Part shown: in pieces, positions 29,206 to 37,824 of the stretch
Numbering within the stretch: position 1 is the stretch's first letter
Layout of the letters: each line of letters opens with the position of its first letter
Origin: Dehalococcoidia bacterium
GTDB taxonomy: Bacteria; Chloroflexota; Dehalococcoidia; Lucifugimonadales; UBA3495
Direction: 5' to 3'
Assembly (NCBI GenBank): GCA_965237775.1
Contig: OZ250155.1
Coordinates: 4,948,071-5,012,070, forward strand
DNA length: 64,000 bases
Program-made: the position numbers and the translations under genes
The notes under the pieces: model-generated
Told to the model about the DNA's origin: nothing
The model's database searches: none
What the model saw: only the letters and a program-made list of their open reading frames with translations

Positions 29206-29290
29206 CCCCTCGCATCTTCAAAGACCAGCTAACTCGGTTCTCCCCACAAATTTACCCCATGACTCTGCGCATTTCACCTTAGCTTTGGTT
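28055..29290 (-). mobile_element. IS630-family insertion sequence (type A)
   Basis: About 1,236 bp. Imperfect terminal inverted repeats are AACTAAAGCCAAGGTGGGATGTGCA (left) and AACCAAAGCTAAGGTGAAATGCGCA (right, reverse complement). Flanking TA dinucleotides sit at 28053-28054 and 29291-29292. Boundaries were inferred by eye. Confidence 0.65.
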
Positions 29291-29370
29291 TAGGTACTAA
29301 CAGGGGTCTCAACTAGCGTACCGGATAGTGTCGTCTGACTTAGGGATCATGATGAGGGAGAGGGTACTCC

Positions 29371-30297
29371 ATGGATCACATTACAGATCTACATTCTCCG
29401 CATGGCGTGGCTCGAGAGCAGATCGCATTTTATTCCCGCCGTAGATACGAGGAACCCACCACCTCCGACCCCCACGCGGTCCTCGCTTGCGAGGACAATC
29501 TGGCCTTCATCAAGAAGATTCCCGACGAATACATCAAGCTAATCGTCACCTCTCCTCCATACAACCTCGGTAAGAATTACGAAGCCAAAACTTCGCTCAA
29601 CACCTATCTTGAGACCCAAGACCGTGTAGTCGAAGAGTGCGTTCGGATTCTTCACCCACAGGGGTCGATTTGCTGGCAAGTCGGAAACTACGTCGAAAAC
29701 GGGGAAATCGTCCCTCTTGATACCATCCTCTATCCCATATTTAAGTCCAAGGGCCTCAGTCTTCGCAACCGGATCGTTTGGCAATTCGGACATGGGCTGC
29801 ACTGCAGGAGACGTCTCTCCGGGAGATACGAGACGATCAACTGGTGGACCAAGAGCGATGACTACACTTGGAATCTTGACCCCATTCGCGTTCCGTCGAA
29901 GTATCCCGAAAAACGCCATTTCAAGGGCCCCAATATGGGCAAGCTATCTGGAAATCCGAAGGGGAAAAACCCGAGTGATGTCTGGTCGTTCCCGAACGTC
30001 AAAGCCAATCACCCGGAAAAGACAATACACCCCTGCCAGTTTCCCGTCGAACTGGTGGAACGCCTTGTGCTCTCGATGACACATGAAGAAGACCGCGTGT
30101 TCGATCCCTATATGGGAGTAGGGTCATCAGTAGTCGCCGCCCTGATGCACGATCGCCTAGGCTTCGGGTGTGACATCGTTCCGGAGTACGTGGAGATAGC
30201 CCGACAGAGGGTAGATGAGCTCAGAGAAGGTAGGCTCAGAACACGCCCCATGGGAAAACCCGTTTACGATCCAGAGAAGCCTAACGGCGGGCACTGA
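29371..30297 (+). CDS. beta-class N4-cytosine/N6-adenine DNA methyltransferase (type II R-M, M subunit)
   Basis: Catalytic motif IV IVTSPPYNLGKNY precedes the SAM motif I DPYMGVGSSVVAA, which is the beta-class order. Also present: CQFPVELVERLV. The stop overlaps the ATG of the next gene by 1 nt. Confidence 0.85.
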   Translation: MDHITDLHSPHGVAREQIAFYSRRRYEEPTTSDPHAVLACEDNLAFIKKIPDEYIKLIVTSPPYNLGKNYEAKTSLNTYLETQDRVVEECVRILHPQGSICWQVGNYVENGEIVPLDTILYPIFKSKGLSLRNRIVWQFGHGLHCRRRLSGRYETINWWTKSDDYTWNLDPIRVPSKYPEKRHFKGPNMGKLSGNPKGKNPSDVWSFPNVKANHPEKTIHPCQFPVELVERLVLSMTHEEDRVFDPYMGVGSSVVAALMHDRLGFGCDIVPEYVEIARQRVDELREGRLRTRPMGKPVYDPEKPNGGH

Positions 30298-30908
30298 TGG
30301 AGATCAAAGCTCGATACTCGCACCTCAATGGCGAGGAATACCTACTGGTCCACCGTAAGGACTTATGGGAAGAGGTGCAGAATGTAATCGCAAGCGTGGA
30401 CGCGTTCGCCTGTCGAACTAAGATATCTCGAGAGAAGACCATGCGTGGGAGGACACTATTCTCTCCTGGAGACATGAACCGGGCGTTTAAGACTGGGCTT
30501 CAAGCCCGTGGGTGGAGCGAGCGGCGAAGCAATTTCTGGGTTACGGACGACGAGAAGTTGCTCCGGGGAATCTACGGTCTTCCAGAATCGGAGCAGAAAC
30601 TGGCAATAGAAGAGGCAGGCCACTCGCCAATAATGTCTTACAACCAAACGGACTTCGTAAAAGATCGCGTAGCGGTGGAGATACAATTCGGAAAATACGC
30701 CTTCGTCGCTCATGACCTATTCGTGAAGCATCTAAGTTTCTATGTGTCAGACATCATCGACGTCGGCGTCGAAATACTCCCCATGAAGGAACTCGAACGG
30801 GAAATGTCCTCCGGTGTCCCCTACTACGAACGAGACCTACTTAACGTCCTCAGACAAGGGCGCGGCGTGCCAGCAGTCCCTTTAGTGCTTATTGTAGTCA
30901 CTCCTTGA
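30297..30908 (+). CDS. BglII-like type II restriction endonuclease
   Basis: 203 aa. The segment TDFVKDRVAVEIQFGKYAF parallels the BglII active-site region (D..x..E-x-Q-F, recalled as DIDFGKRDTLVEVQFSNYPF). The C-terminal VPLVLIVV parallels BglII VPIRLVGL. Translationally coupled to the methyltransferase. Confidence 0.65.
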   Translation: MEIKARYSHLNGEEYLLVHRKDLWEEVQNVIASVDAFACRTKISREKTMRGRTLFSPGDMNRAFKTGLQARGWSERRSNFWVTDDEKLLRGIYGLPESEQKLAIEEAGHSPIMSYNQTDFVKDRVAVEIQFGKYAFVAHDLFVKHLSFYVSDIIDVGVEILPMKELEREMSSGVPYYERDLLNVLRQGRGVPAVPLVLIVVTP

Positions 30909-30996
30909 CCCCAATCCATTTGCACAACGTTAGGAAAAGGTAAACGGGCTGGCGATTGAGCCAGCCCGTTGCCGCGCCTTGAGACCTGGTACGCTG

Positions 30997-31980
30997 TTAG
31001 TTGGGCATTACCGCTACGCTGCGGATTTCGCCGAATTCCTTCTTCAGCTTCTGCCAGTTGTCGCCGCCGTCGGTGCTGAGGTACACGTACCCGTACAGGC
31101 TGGCCCCGGCGATGACGTTGGGGACTTCCTGGTGGGTGCCAAACCAATACACCACCGAATTGGGCTCGGTGGGCAGCGGTGTCGACTCCCAGGTCTGCCC
31201 GTTGTCGCTGGTGCGTTGGATGGCTCCCGTGAAACCAGGGATAGAGTCACCGTTGCCAACGAACATGACGTTAGGGTCGTCGGCTTTGATTACCATCCCC
31301 CGACAGTAGGAGCGGGTGTCGTTCTCGTTGAACTTCGGGAAATAGTGGTAGTCCCAGCTCTCGCCTTCGTCGGTGCTGGTGGCGATTCCGAAGGGGCTGG
31401 TGCAGTAGATCGAAGTCGTCGGCCCCGGCTTGAGCGCCATGCCGTGGATATCGCCGTGGAACGGGTCCGAACCCAGGTCGGGCATGTGCAACCAGGTGTC
31501 GCCGCCGTCCAGGCTCTTATAAACGCCATCGACCTCGATGCCCGCCCAGACCGTGCGGCTGTCCCGAGGGTCGACGATCATGTTGGTGGTCCTGGGAATA
31601 CCAACCGGGCAGGGGATGGTCAGCCCCATTTCCAGGTGGTCCCAGGTCTTGCCACCGTCCTTGGAGCGGTAAGAGTTGGGCCTGGTCCCGGCGAAGATGG
31701 TCTCCGAATCAGACGGGTCCACCGCTACCGACCAGATCTGCAGGTCGTCAAAAGGCGAGTCCAGCTTTTCCCAGGTGGCCGCGTTGTCGTCGCTCCGGTA
31801 AATCCCCACGTCGGTCCCCGCAATGATGCGGTGGGGGTTGTCCGGGTAGACCGCCAGCGACCGAACGTTACTTTCGGACGGTAGCGGGTCTCGGATGCGG
31901 TCCCAGGTGTTGCCGCCGTCAGTTGTCCGCGACAATCCACCGCCAATGGTCCCAATACAAAGGGTATAGCCTGCTGCCAT
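30997..31980 (-). CDS. BNR/Asp-box repeat beta-propeller protein (Ycf48/sialidase-like)
   Basis: Seven SxDxGxTW-type Asp boxes: TTDGGNTW, SDDNAATW, SKDGGKTW, SLDGGDTW, STDEGESW, TSDNGQTW, STDGGDNW. Confidence 0.8.
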   Translation of the reverse strand: MAAGYTLCIGTIGGGLSRTTDGGNTWDRIRDPLPSESNVRSLAVYPDNPHRIIAGTDVGIYRSDDNAATWEKLDSPFDDLQIWSVAVDPSDSETIFAGTRPNSYRSKDGGKTWDHLEMGLTIPCPVGIPRTTNMIVDPRDSRTVWAGIEVDGVYKSLDGGDTWLHMPDLGSDPFHGDIHGMALKPGPTTSIYCTSPFGIATSTDEGESWDYHYFPKFNENDTRSYCRGMVIKADDPNVMFVGNGDSIPGFTGAIQRTSDNGQTWESTPLPTEPNSVVYWFGTHQEVPNVIAGASLYGYVYLSTDGGDNWQKLKKEFGEIRSVAVMPN

Positions 31981-32118
31981 AACCTAATCCTCCTCTAGAT
32001 TGGTTCCCGGTCCTTGGATGGTCACCCTATGATAGCCCGCACTCGATGGAATTTCCACCTTCGTGCTTGCATACGGGTCAAGTGGGCCTGATTTCGTCCC
32101 TGGATCGCAACTCTGTCG

Positions 32119-32517
32119 CTATAAAGGTTGACGGGAGTCGAATCCCGAGTTGGTCTCGTGCCAGAACTCGATCCGTTCCTCACCGCGTATCCAGCAAAGA
32201 TATATCTCCCGCCCATCCCTCTGCGACGGGAAGTCCACCAACCAACTGGAGAGGTCCCTCACGATTATGCCCCGGTCCCCGACCTCTCTGAGCTTGCCCT
32301 GCAATTCCTGGGTAAGACGGTCCACGGCGCGCTGCAACTCCCTGCGTTCCGACTCGTGGCTGGTGGCGCCGTTCCCCCGGCGTTCCCGGAGCAGTACAAG
32401 AAGTTCCTGTTGTTTGCCCGCCAGTTCGTCCCTTACCGGCATAAGACCGGCGAATGTCTCGACTAGCCAGGGCAGTTCGGAGTTAGCCTCTTCCAGGGTG
32501 AACAAACGATGTCTCAT
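32119..32517 (-). CDS. DUF2203 domain-containing protein
   Basis: MRHRLFTLEEANSELPWL.., GIIVRDLSSWLVDFPS and REIYLCWIRGEERIEFWHE match the family pattern as recalled. Confidence 0.65.
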   Translation of the reverse strand: MRHRLFTLEEANSELPWLVETFAGLMPVRDELAGKQQELLVLLRERRGNGATSHESERRELQRAVDRLTQELQGKLREVGDRGIIVRDLSSWLVDFPSQRDGREIYLCWIRGEERIEFWHETNSGFDSRQPL

Positions 32518-32706
32518 GACGCCTCCACTTTATCGCAACGACCGCAGCGGCGCAAAGCCGGAGACTCCTCGGCCGGAGCCGTTTGCGAGCCATTCGAAAG
32601 ACCGGCCACAAATGCTGCCGGCGTGGCGGGCCCCTGGTCCATACAATTCCTGGATTCCAGCTTTCGCAGGAAAGACGGGTGGGCGGATTTTTTGGGAACC
32701 TAGTAC

Positions 32707-33871
32707 TCAGTCAACGGTAAAATCGGAAGGGTAAAGGCGGTGTAGTTTGGTTCGTGCGTCCCGGGTGTTGAAGCGCCAGTTGATGGTGGCTCTGGCGTTG
32801 TTGCGCTCCGTGACCAGAGCGTCCACTTCCCTCCTTAGGGCCTCCTCGCCGGAGAGCCGCTGCTTCAGGCAGGAGCGGGACAGTACGCTGAACTCGATCT
32901 CCGCCATCCCTTCGACAAGCTCAGGACAGGATTCAGCCAACTCCCGTGCTTGGGGGTGTAGTGGAACTCCAGCCGCCTGGCAATCCTCCGGGCTTCCTCA
33001 GCCGGGAAAGTCTCGTACAGCGATGCCCGGCGATGGGTGTTCAGATTGTCCAAGACGACCCTTACCACCTCGGCTTCGGGGTAGGCTTCATCCACCAGCC
33101 AGCGCATCCGGCGGGCGAAGTCTTGCATCGTGCGCCGCTCGGTCACTGCCACATGCCGCCAGCCCGCCAACGGCTCACAGGCCAAGAAGAGGTTGCGGGT
33201 ACCCTCCCTGCGGTATTCGTAGTCCTGCCGCAGCGGAAGTCCCGGCCGGGGCGGCATCGGGGGCCGGGTCTCGGCCAACAACTGGGTGGAGGTCTCGTCA
33301 AAGCAGACTACCGGACGTTGGGGGTCATGAGGTTCGGCGTAGAGATCCAGGACATCCTCCATGTTGGCCACGAACTCGGCGCTCACCTTGGGGATGCGCC
33401 ACTCCTTCTTCTGCCACGGCTTGAGAGTGTTTTTTTGAGACGCTTTCGGATTCCCTCATGGGACATGGAGGACGCCAACCCCAACTCCACCACCTTCCCG
33501 GCCAGCAGACGCAAAGTCCAGTGGCTGTGCCCCTCCGGCGCTGGGCTGCAGGCCAGGGCGATGAGGTGGGCTTCGCCCCGATCGTCCAGCTTCCGGGGCC
33601 GGTTGGCCTGGGGACGGTTCTGCAAAACCTTCTCCAACCCTTCTTCGGCAAAGCGCTGCTTGACCCGGTATACCGTGCTCAGGGCCACATCCAAAGCTTC
33701 GGCCACTTGGGGCGCGGCCCAACCGTCGCCGCTCTTTAGGAGAATCCGCGCTCTAGCGGTCACTCGGGCTGAGTTTTTGCCAACCCGGACCAGTCGTTGG
33801 AGCTCTTCCCGTTGTTCCTGTGCCAGCCGCACCGCGTATTTGTCCCTGACCATCACTTCTACCCCCGCCAT
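32707..33871 (-). pseudogene. IS630 family transposase (A7 frameshift site plus a 23-nt REP-like insertion)
   Basis: It is in three pieces. The HTH part is 33383-33901 (..GKNSARVTARARILL..HEGIRKRLKK). The DDE part is 32865-33386 (CFDETSTQ, VLDNLNTHR, HGSWLN). The C-terminal part is 32707-32940 (MAEIEFSVLSRSCLKQR..). Parts 1 and 2 join by a -1 shift on the A7 run (T7 at 33430-33436). Parts 2 and 3 are separated by a 23-nt insertion (32908-32930) that copy 2 lacks. Confidence 0.7.
32908..32930. repeat. 23-nt REP-like insertion inside the transposase ORF
   Basis: CCCTTCGACAAGCTCAGGACAGG (plus strand) lies between the codons for ..HGSWLN and MAEIEF... It is absent from the otherwise collinear copy at 53420-53432. 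It shares CCCTTCGAC..GCTCAGG with the repeats at 13188 and 45536. Confidence 0.7.
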
Positions 33872-33974
33872 CAACACTTCCCACCAGGAACGATAGCTCA
33901 ATTGGGCCCTTTATTAAACAAATCCCAAGCCTAAGTTGACTGAGTACTAGGGTCTTTCAATTATTGGCATGCTA

Positions 33975-34085
33975 CCCCTTCTCCCTTGAGGGAGAAGGAC
34001 GGGATGAGGGTGAAATTCCATGCACCAACCTGGTTCCCCTCGCCACATGACCCTCACCCCAACCCCTCTCCCAGAGGGCGCGGGG
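33975..34085. repeat. REP-like intergenic repeats
   Basis: CCCCTTCTCCCTTGAGGGAGAAGGACGGGATGAGGGTG together with CCCTCACCCCAACCCCTCTCCCAGAGGGCGCGGGG. Each contains a CCCTCTCCC..GGGAGAGGG-type hairpin. Same family as 19924 and 45677. Confidence 0.65.
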
Positions 34086-34212
34086 CTGTCGCGGAACACT
34101 GAAAGACACCGTGTGAGAGCCTACCCGCCCCTCGGCATGGTGAGGGCAAAAGGCGTACAATACCCGTCGGAACGCGCCGGTTTCGAAAACCGCTAAACCC
34201 AGGAGCCGCCGA

Positions 34213-35088
34213 TTGTCCTCAGACAAGAACCTGTTCGGTGAAGGCGATATGGCCTTGCTGCAAGACCGCAAGGGACGCCGCCATCTTTTGACCCTGTCGG
34301 AAGGCCAGACCTTCCATAGCCACCAGGGACGGTTGCCCCATGCCGACCTGATCGGCCAAACCGTCGGCGGCTGGTACCGCACCGATAAGGGCCACGTCCT
34401 GTTGGCCGTGCGTCCAACCCTGGGCGACTTCGTCCGGGAGATGCCCCGAGGACCCCAGATCATCTACCCCAAGGACCTGGGCAACATCGTGTCCATGGCC
34501 GACATTTTCCCTGGCGCAACCGTAATCGAGGGCGGCCTGGGCTCAGGTTCCCTCACGGCGGCGCTGCTAAGAGCTGTCGGGGACCGGGGCCAGGTCATCA
34601 CTTACGAGATCGAAGAGTCGGTGGTCCCCAGGGCCAAGTCCAATATCCAGAAAGTCATCCCGGACCTTTCACGACTCACGATTAAGCTGGGCAATATCTA
34701 CGAGGGCATATCGGAACGCGGTATCGACCGGGTGGTCCTGGACGTGCCCGAGCCGTGGGAGACAGTCTCCACGGTCGGCGACTGTCTGGTGATGGGGGGC
34801 ATAGTTCTGAGCTTCCTCCCAACTATCTTGCAGGTGCACCGTTTGACCCTCGCCCTGGAGGAAGACTCCAGATTTCAGATGATCGAGACAGTGGAAACCC
34901 TGCTCCGTCCCTGGCACGTCACCGAACGGAGCGTTAGGCCGGAACACCGCATGATCGCGCATAGCGGCTTCCTTACCACCGCCGTCAGATGCGAGCCTCG
35001 GAGGACCAGGCCCGCCGCAGGTGACCCGGACTCTTCACCGGAGACAGACAGCGAAGAACAGGAGGAATCCAATGGACGTGATGGATAG
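34213..35088 (+). CDS. trmI: tRNA (adenine-N1)-methyltransferase
   Basis: LFGEGDMALLQDRKGRRHLLTLSEGQTFHSHQGRLPHADLIG, then PQIIYPKDLG, EGGLGSGSLTAALL, DRVVLDVPEPW. TTG start assumed. Confidence 0.8.
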   Translation: MSSDKNLFGEGDMALLQDRKGRRHLLTLSEGQTFHSHQGRLPHADLIGQTVGGWYRTDKGHVLLAVRPTLGDFVREMPRGPQIIYPKDLGNIVSMADIFPGATVIEGGLGSGSLTAALLRAVGDRGQVITYEIEESVVPRAKSNIQKVIPDLSRLTIKLGNIYEGISERGIDRVVLDVPEPWETVSTVGDCLVMGGIVLSFLPTILQVHRLTLALEEDSRFQMIETVETLLRPWHVTERSVRPEHRMIAHSGFLTTAVRCEPRRTRPAAGDPDSSPETDSEEQEESNGRDG

Positions 35089-35638
35089 AGACCAGACCAT
35101 TGGCTTTCTGCATCAACACGTCAAGACCGAGATGCTGATGAAGCACCTCCTAAGCGTCGAAGCGTCCATGCGGGGCTACGCCCGGAAATTCGGTGAAGAC
35201 GAGGACCGTTGGGCTATCGCAGGGCTGCTGCACGATTTCGACTGGGAGATATGTCCAACCCCGGAGGACCATCCCACCTATGGGGCGGGCATTCTCCGGG
35301 ACCACGGATACCCCGGCGACATCATCCGCGCCGTGCTAACCCACGGCGACCACACCGGCATCGCCAGGGAATCGCTGATGGAGCACACCCTGTTTGCCGT
35401 CGACGAACTATCGGGGTTTGTCCGAGCCGTCGGGCTGGTGCGCCCCTCCAAGAGCCTGAGCGACGTTTCTCCCAGGTCGGTGCGCCGGAAGATGCGCGAC
35501 AAGGGGTTCGCCACCAACGTAAACCGCGACGATCTCGTCCGTGGCGCGGAAGAGCTTGGCGTCGACCTGGACGAGCACATCGCCTTCGTCGTCGAAAGCA
35601 TGAAACCCGTCGCCACCCAGATCGACCTACAGGACTAG
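35072..35638 (+). CDS. HD/HDIG domain-containing phosphohydrolase
   Basis: The start was taken at MDVMDRDQT. LLHDFDWE (HD motif), HPTYGAGILRDHGYP, LTHGDHTG. Confidence 0.7.
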   Translation: MDVMDRDQTIGFLHQHVKTEMLMKHLLSVEASMRGYARKFGEDEDRWAIAGLLHDFDWEICPTPEDHPTYGAGILRDHGYPGDIIRAVLTHGDHTGIARESLMEHTLFAVDELSGFVRAVGLVRPSKSLSDVSPRSVRRKMRDKGFATNVNRDDLVRGAEELGVDLDEHIAFVVESMKPVATQIDLQD

Positions 35639-35703
35639 GGCGACCTACATTTATCTCCGGTTCATAGTCTAAGAGTACATCAACCAGCCGCCCTTTCGCC
35701 CGT

Positions 35704-35954
35704 GTATAGAATATAGGCGGTCGAAGAATGCACTGACTCTTGCCACTGGCCCGGAACTGCATAGCCTGCTAAATTGACCACGCAGCACTATTCCTACCAG
35801 AGAGCAATGGTCTCAGAGCATGCCTAATTGTATAGAATATAGGCGGTCGAAGAATGCACTGACTCTTGCCACTGGCCCGGAATGCATAGCCTGCTAAATT
35901 GACCACGCAGCACTATTCCTACCAGAGAGCAATGGTCTCAGAGCATGCCTAATT
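35704..35954 (+). repeat. tandem direct duplication, 126 + 125 bp
   Basis: Unit GTATAGAATATAGGCGGTCGAAGAATGCACTGACTCTTGCCACTGGCCCGGAA(C)TGCATAGCC...CAGAGCATGCCTAATT occurs twice back to back, differing by a single 1-nt indel. The second unit ends in the ATG CCT AAT T start of the HD gene. Confidence 0.85.
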
Positions 35955-37246
35955 TTTATATCAGAGATCCTGTCCATGGGTTCATCGAATATGATGACTG
36001 GGAACGGGAGATAATCAACCACCCGGCATTTCAACGCCTCCGGCGCATTCGTCAGTTGGCCCTCGCGGATTTCGTTTACCCAGGAGCGACACATACCAGG
36101 TTCGAACACGGGCTAGGCACGATGCACGTCGCCACCAGAATGTATGATTCCATCGTGGCACGGCACAAACACTACTTGGAAAGCGAACGTGGCTACGTTC
36201 AAGCCGGTTTGGAACGTGATCGAAGAGTGGTACGGTTCGCAGCCCTATTGCATGATATCGGGCACTCGCCATTCTCACATTCCGGAGAAAATCTGTTCCC
36301 GTTCAATGCCGCGGAAAACCGACAGTATCAACACGAGGACTATTCTGCCAATATCATCCGTACGATACTCAAAGAGCCATTGGAAGATCATCCAGGGAAT
36401 AGCAATTATGGCATTTCCGCCGGAGATATTGCCGACTTGATAACTGGCGCGCCTGATGCCTTGCTTTTCGCTCAGAGTTCCGCCCGCCGTCTCCTGTGGC
36501 GCCCAATTATTACGAGTCAACTTGACGCCGACCGCGCTGACTATCTGCTACGGGACTCCCTGCATGCCGGCGTTTCATACGGAAGATATGACCTGGACAG
36601 GATATTGGCGACAGTAACCCTCGGGCTGGAAAGCGAAGGCGACCCGGTAATCGCCATAGAGGAAGGAGGATGGCACGCGGCCGAGGGACTCATCCTCGCC
36701 CGCTACATGATGTTCACGCAAGTGTACTTTCATCACGTACGGCAGGCTTTCGACCATCATGTCGAGGGCGTCTTATCGGAATTGCTAACTAAGGTCAACG
36801 GCCCAGGTTCACTTGGTGTGTTCCCGGACCCGACGTCATCTGAAACCCTAGGTGAGTATCTGGAGTGGGACGACTGGAGAGTTCTAGGCCATGTTGCCTC
36901 GGGGGATTGTGGGGAGCATGGCGACTACATCAAGAATAGGACCCACCATAGATCGATTTTTCATACTTCCGAGGTCCCAACCATCGACGAATTGAATCAG
37001 TTGGAAGAGAACCTGGGACTCTTGGGGAATCTCGTCGCTTTTGTGAGTGATGCGTCAAAATCTTGGTACTACCTTGACGGCCAAGACCTCCATATCGTCC
37101 CCAATGACTCTGGGGGTCCCGCTGTAGGGGTGCCCCTATCATCCTATTCAAATGTTGTTAAGAATCTAGCGCGGTCCAGTCAACGGAGGATCTACGTGAA
37201 GTTGACCGACCGGCAGCAAGCCGAAGAAGTCCTTTCGAATAAATAG
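35945..37246 (+). CDS. SAMHD1/EF1143-like HD-domain protein (putative dNTP triphosphohydrolase)
   Basis: IRDPVHGFIEY..HPAFQRLRRIRQLALADFVYPGATHTRFEHGLGTMHVA, LLHDIGHSPFSH, DADRADYLLRDSLHAGVSYGRYD. 433 aa. Confidence 0.8.
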   Translation: MPNFYIRDPVHGFIEYDDWEREIINHPAFQRLRRIRQLALADFVYPGATHTRFEHGLGTMHVATRMYDSIVARHKHYLESERGYVQAGLERDRRVVRFAALLHDIGHSPFSHSGENLFPFNAAENRQYQHEDYSANIIRTILKEPLEDHPGNSNYGISAGDIADLITGAPDALLFAQSSARRLLWRPIITSQLDADRADYLLRDSLHAGVSYGRYDLDRILATVTLGLESEGDPVIAIEEGGWHAAEGLILARYMMFTQVYFHHVRQAFDHHVEGVLSELLTKVNGPGSLGVFPDPTSSETLGEYLEWDDWRVLGHVASGDCGEHGDYIKNRTHHRSIFHTSEVPTIDELNQLEENLGLLGNLVAFVSDASKSWYYLDGQDLHIVPNDSGGPAVGVPLSSYSNVVKNLARSSQRRIYVKLTDRQQAEEVLSNK

Positions 37247-37261
37247 TAGCTCAGGGGTACG

Positions 37262-37822
37262 ATGATACAGAAAACCGATAAGAACGCTTTGAGAAAACAG
37301 TTGCCGCTTGAGCTCGCACGGCGGCTAGAAGGCGTCTCGCCACAATTCGGCAAGACGGTATTTATGAAACTCGTCTACCTGCTCCAGGAGTTGTACGGAG
37401 TCCCGCTGGGCTACAGATTCACTCTCTACACCTACGGGCCATATTCGCCAGAGGTCTTATCCGACTTGGAATTTGCGAGACTGCGCCGTCAGGTGACCGT
37501 CGAGTACCTTGGGGAAAACGGTGGGTTTAGCATCACTTCCGAGGAGGACACGGGGGTGCTAGGGGACCAGCAAAACAGAGCCATAGACCAACACCGAGAA
37601 GACCTGGACCGACTAGTCGAGTATTTCGGAAAGTTCAATGCCCGAGATCTCGAACTCCGCACCACTTCCGTGTTCCTGTGGAAGTCGCTACGTCCAACCG
37701 GAGATCCGGATGTCGACACAATCGTCCGGACGATTAAAGACTTGAAGCCCCACTTCGATGAAAGTGCAGTTCGGTCCGCGATTAATGGGCTTGTAAACAG
37801 CGGAGTTATAGACTTCTATTGA
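37262..37822 (+). CDS. YwgA/Panacea(DUF4065)-like protein
   Basis: GKTVFMKLVYLLQELYGVPLGYRFTLYTYGPYSPEVLSDLEFA fits the K..KLvYll...g.....f..y.yGPYS.E pattern as recalled. It lies 15 nt downstream of the HD gene on the same strand. Confidence 0.55.
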   Translation: MIQKTDKNALRKQLPLELARRLEGVSPQFGKTVFMKLVYLLQELYGVPLGYRFTLYTYGPYSPEVLSDLEFARLRRQVTVEYLGENGGFSITSEEDTGVLGDQQNRAIDQHREDLDRLVEYFGKFNARDLELRTTSVFLWKSLRPTGDPDVDTIVRTIKDLKPHFDESAVRSAINGLVNSGVIDFY

Positions 37823-37824
37823 GG

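Larger units (their letters stand above)
32703..33947 (-). mobile_element. IS630-family insertion sequence (type B), copy 1
   Basis: Terminal inverted repeats GTACTCAGTCAAC (32703-32715; reverse complement at 33935-33947). Flanked by TA at 32701-32702 and 33948-33949. Confidence 0.75.

Noticed and set aside
30979-31884. 301-aa plus-strand ORF.
   Set aside because: It is antisense to the BNR/Asp-box gene, which has seven clear motifs. The product is Gly/Val/Arg/Pro-rich, typical of antisense frames in GC-rich DNA. The same reasoning applies to 26478-27287, 18797-19579, 13350-13772, 558-980, 3656-4153 and 48111-49086.
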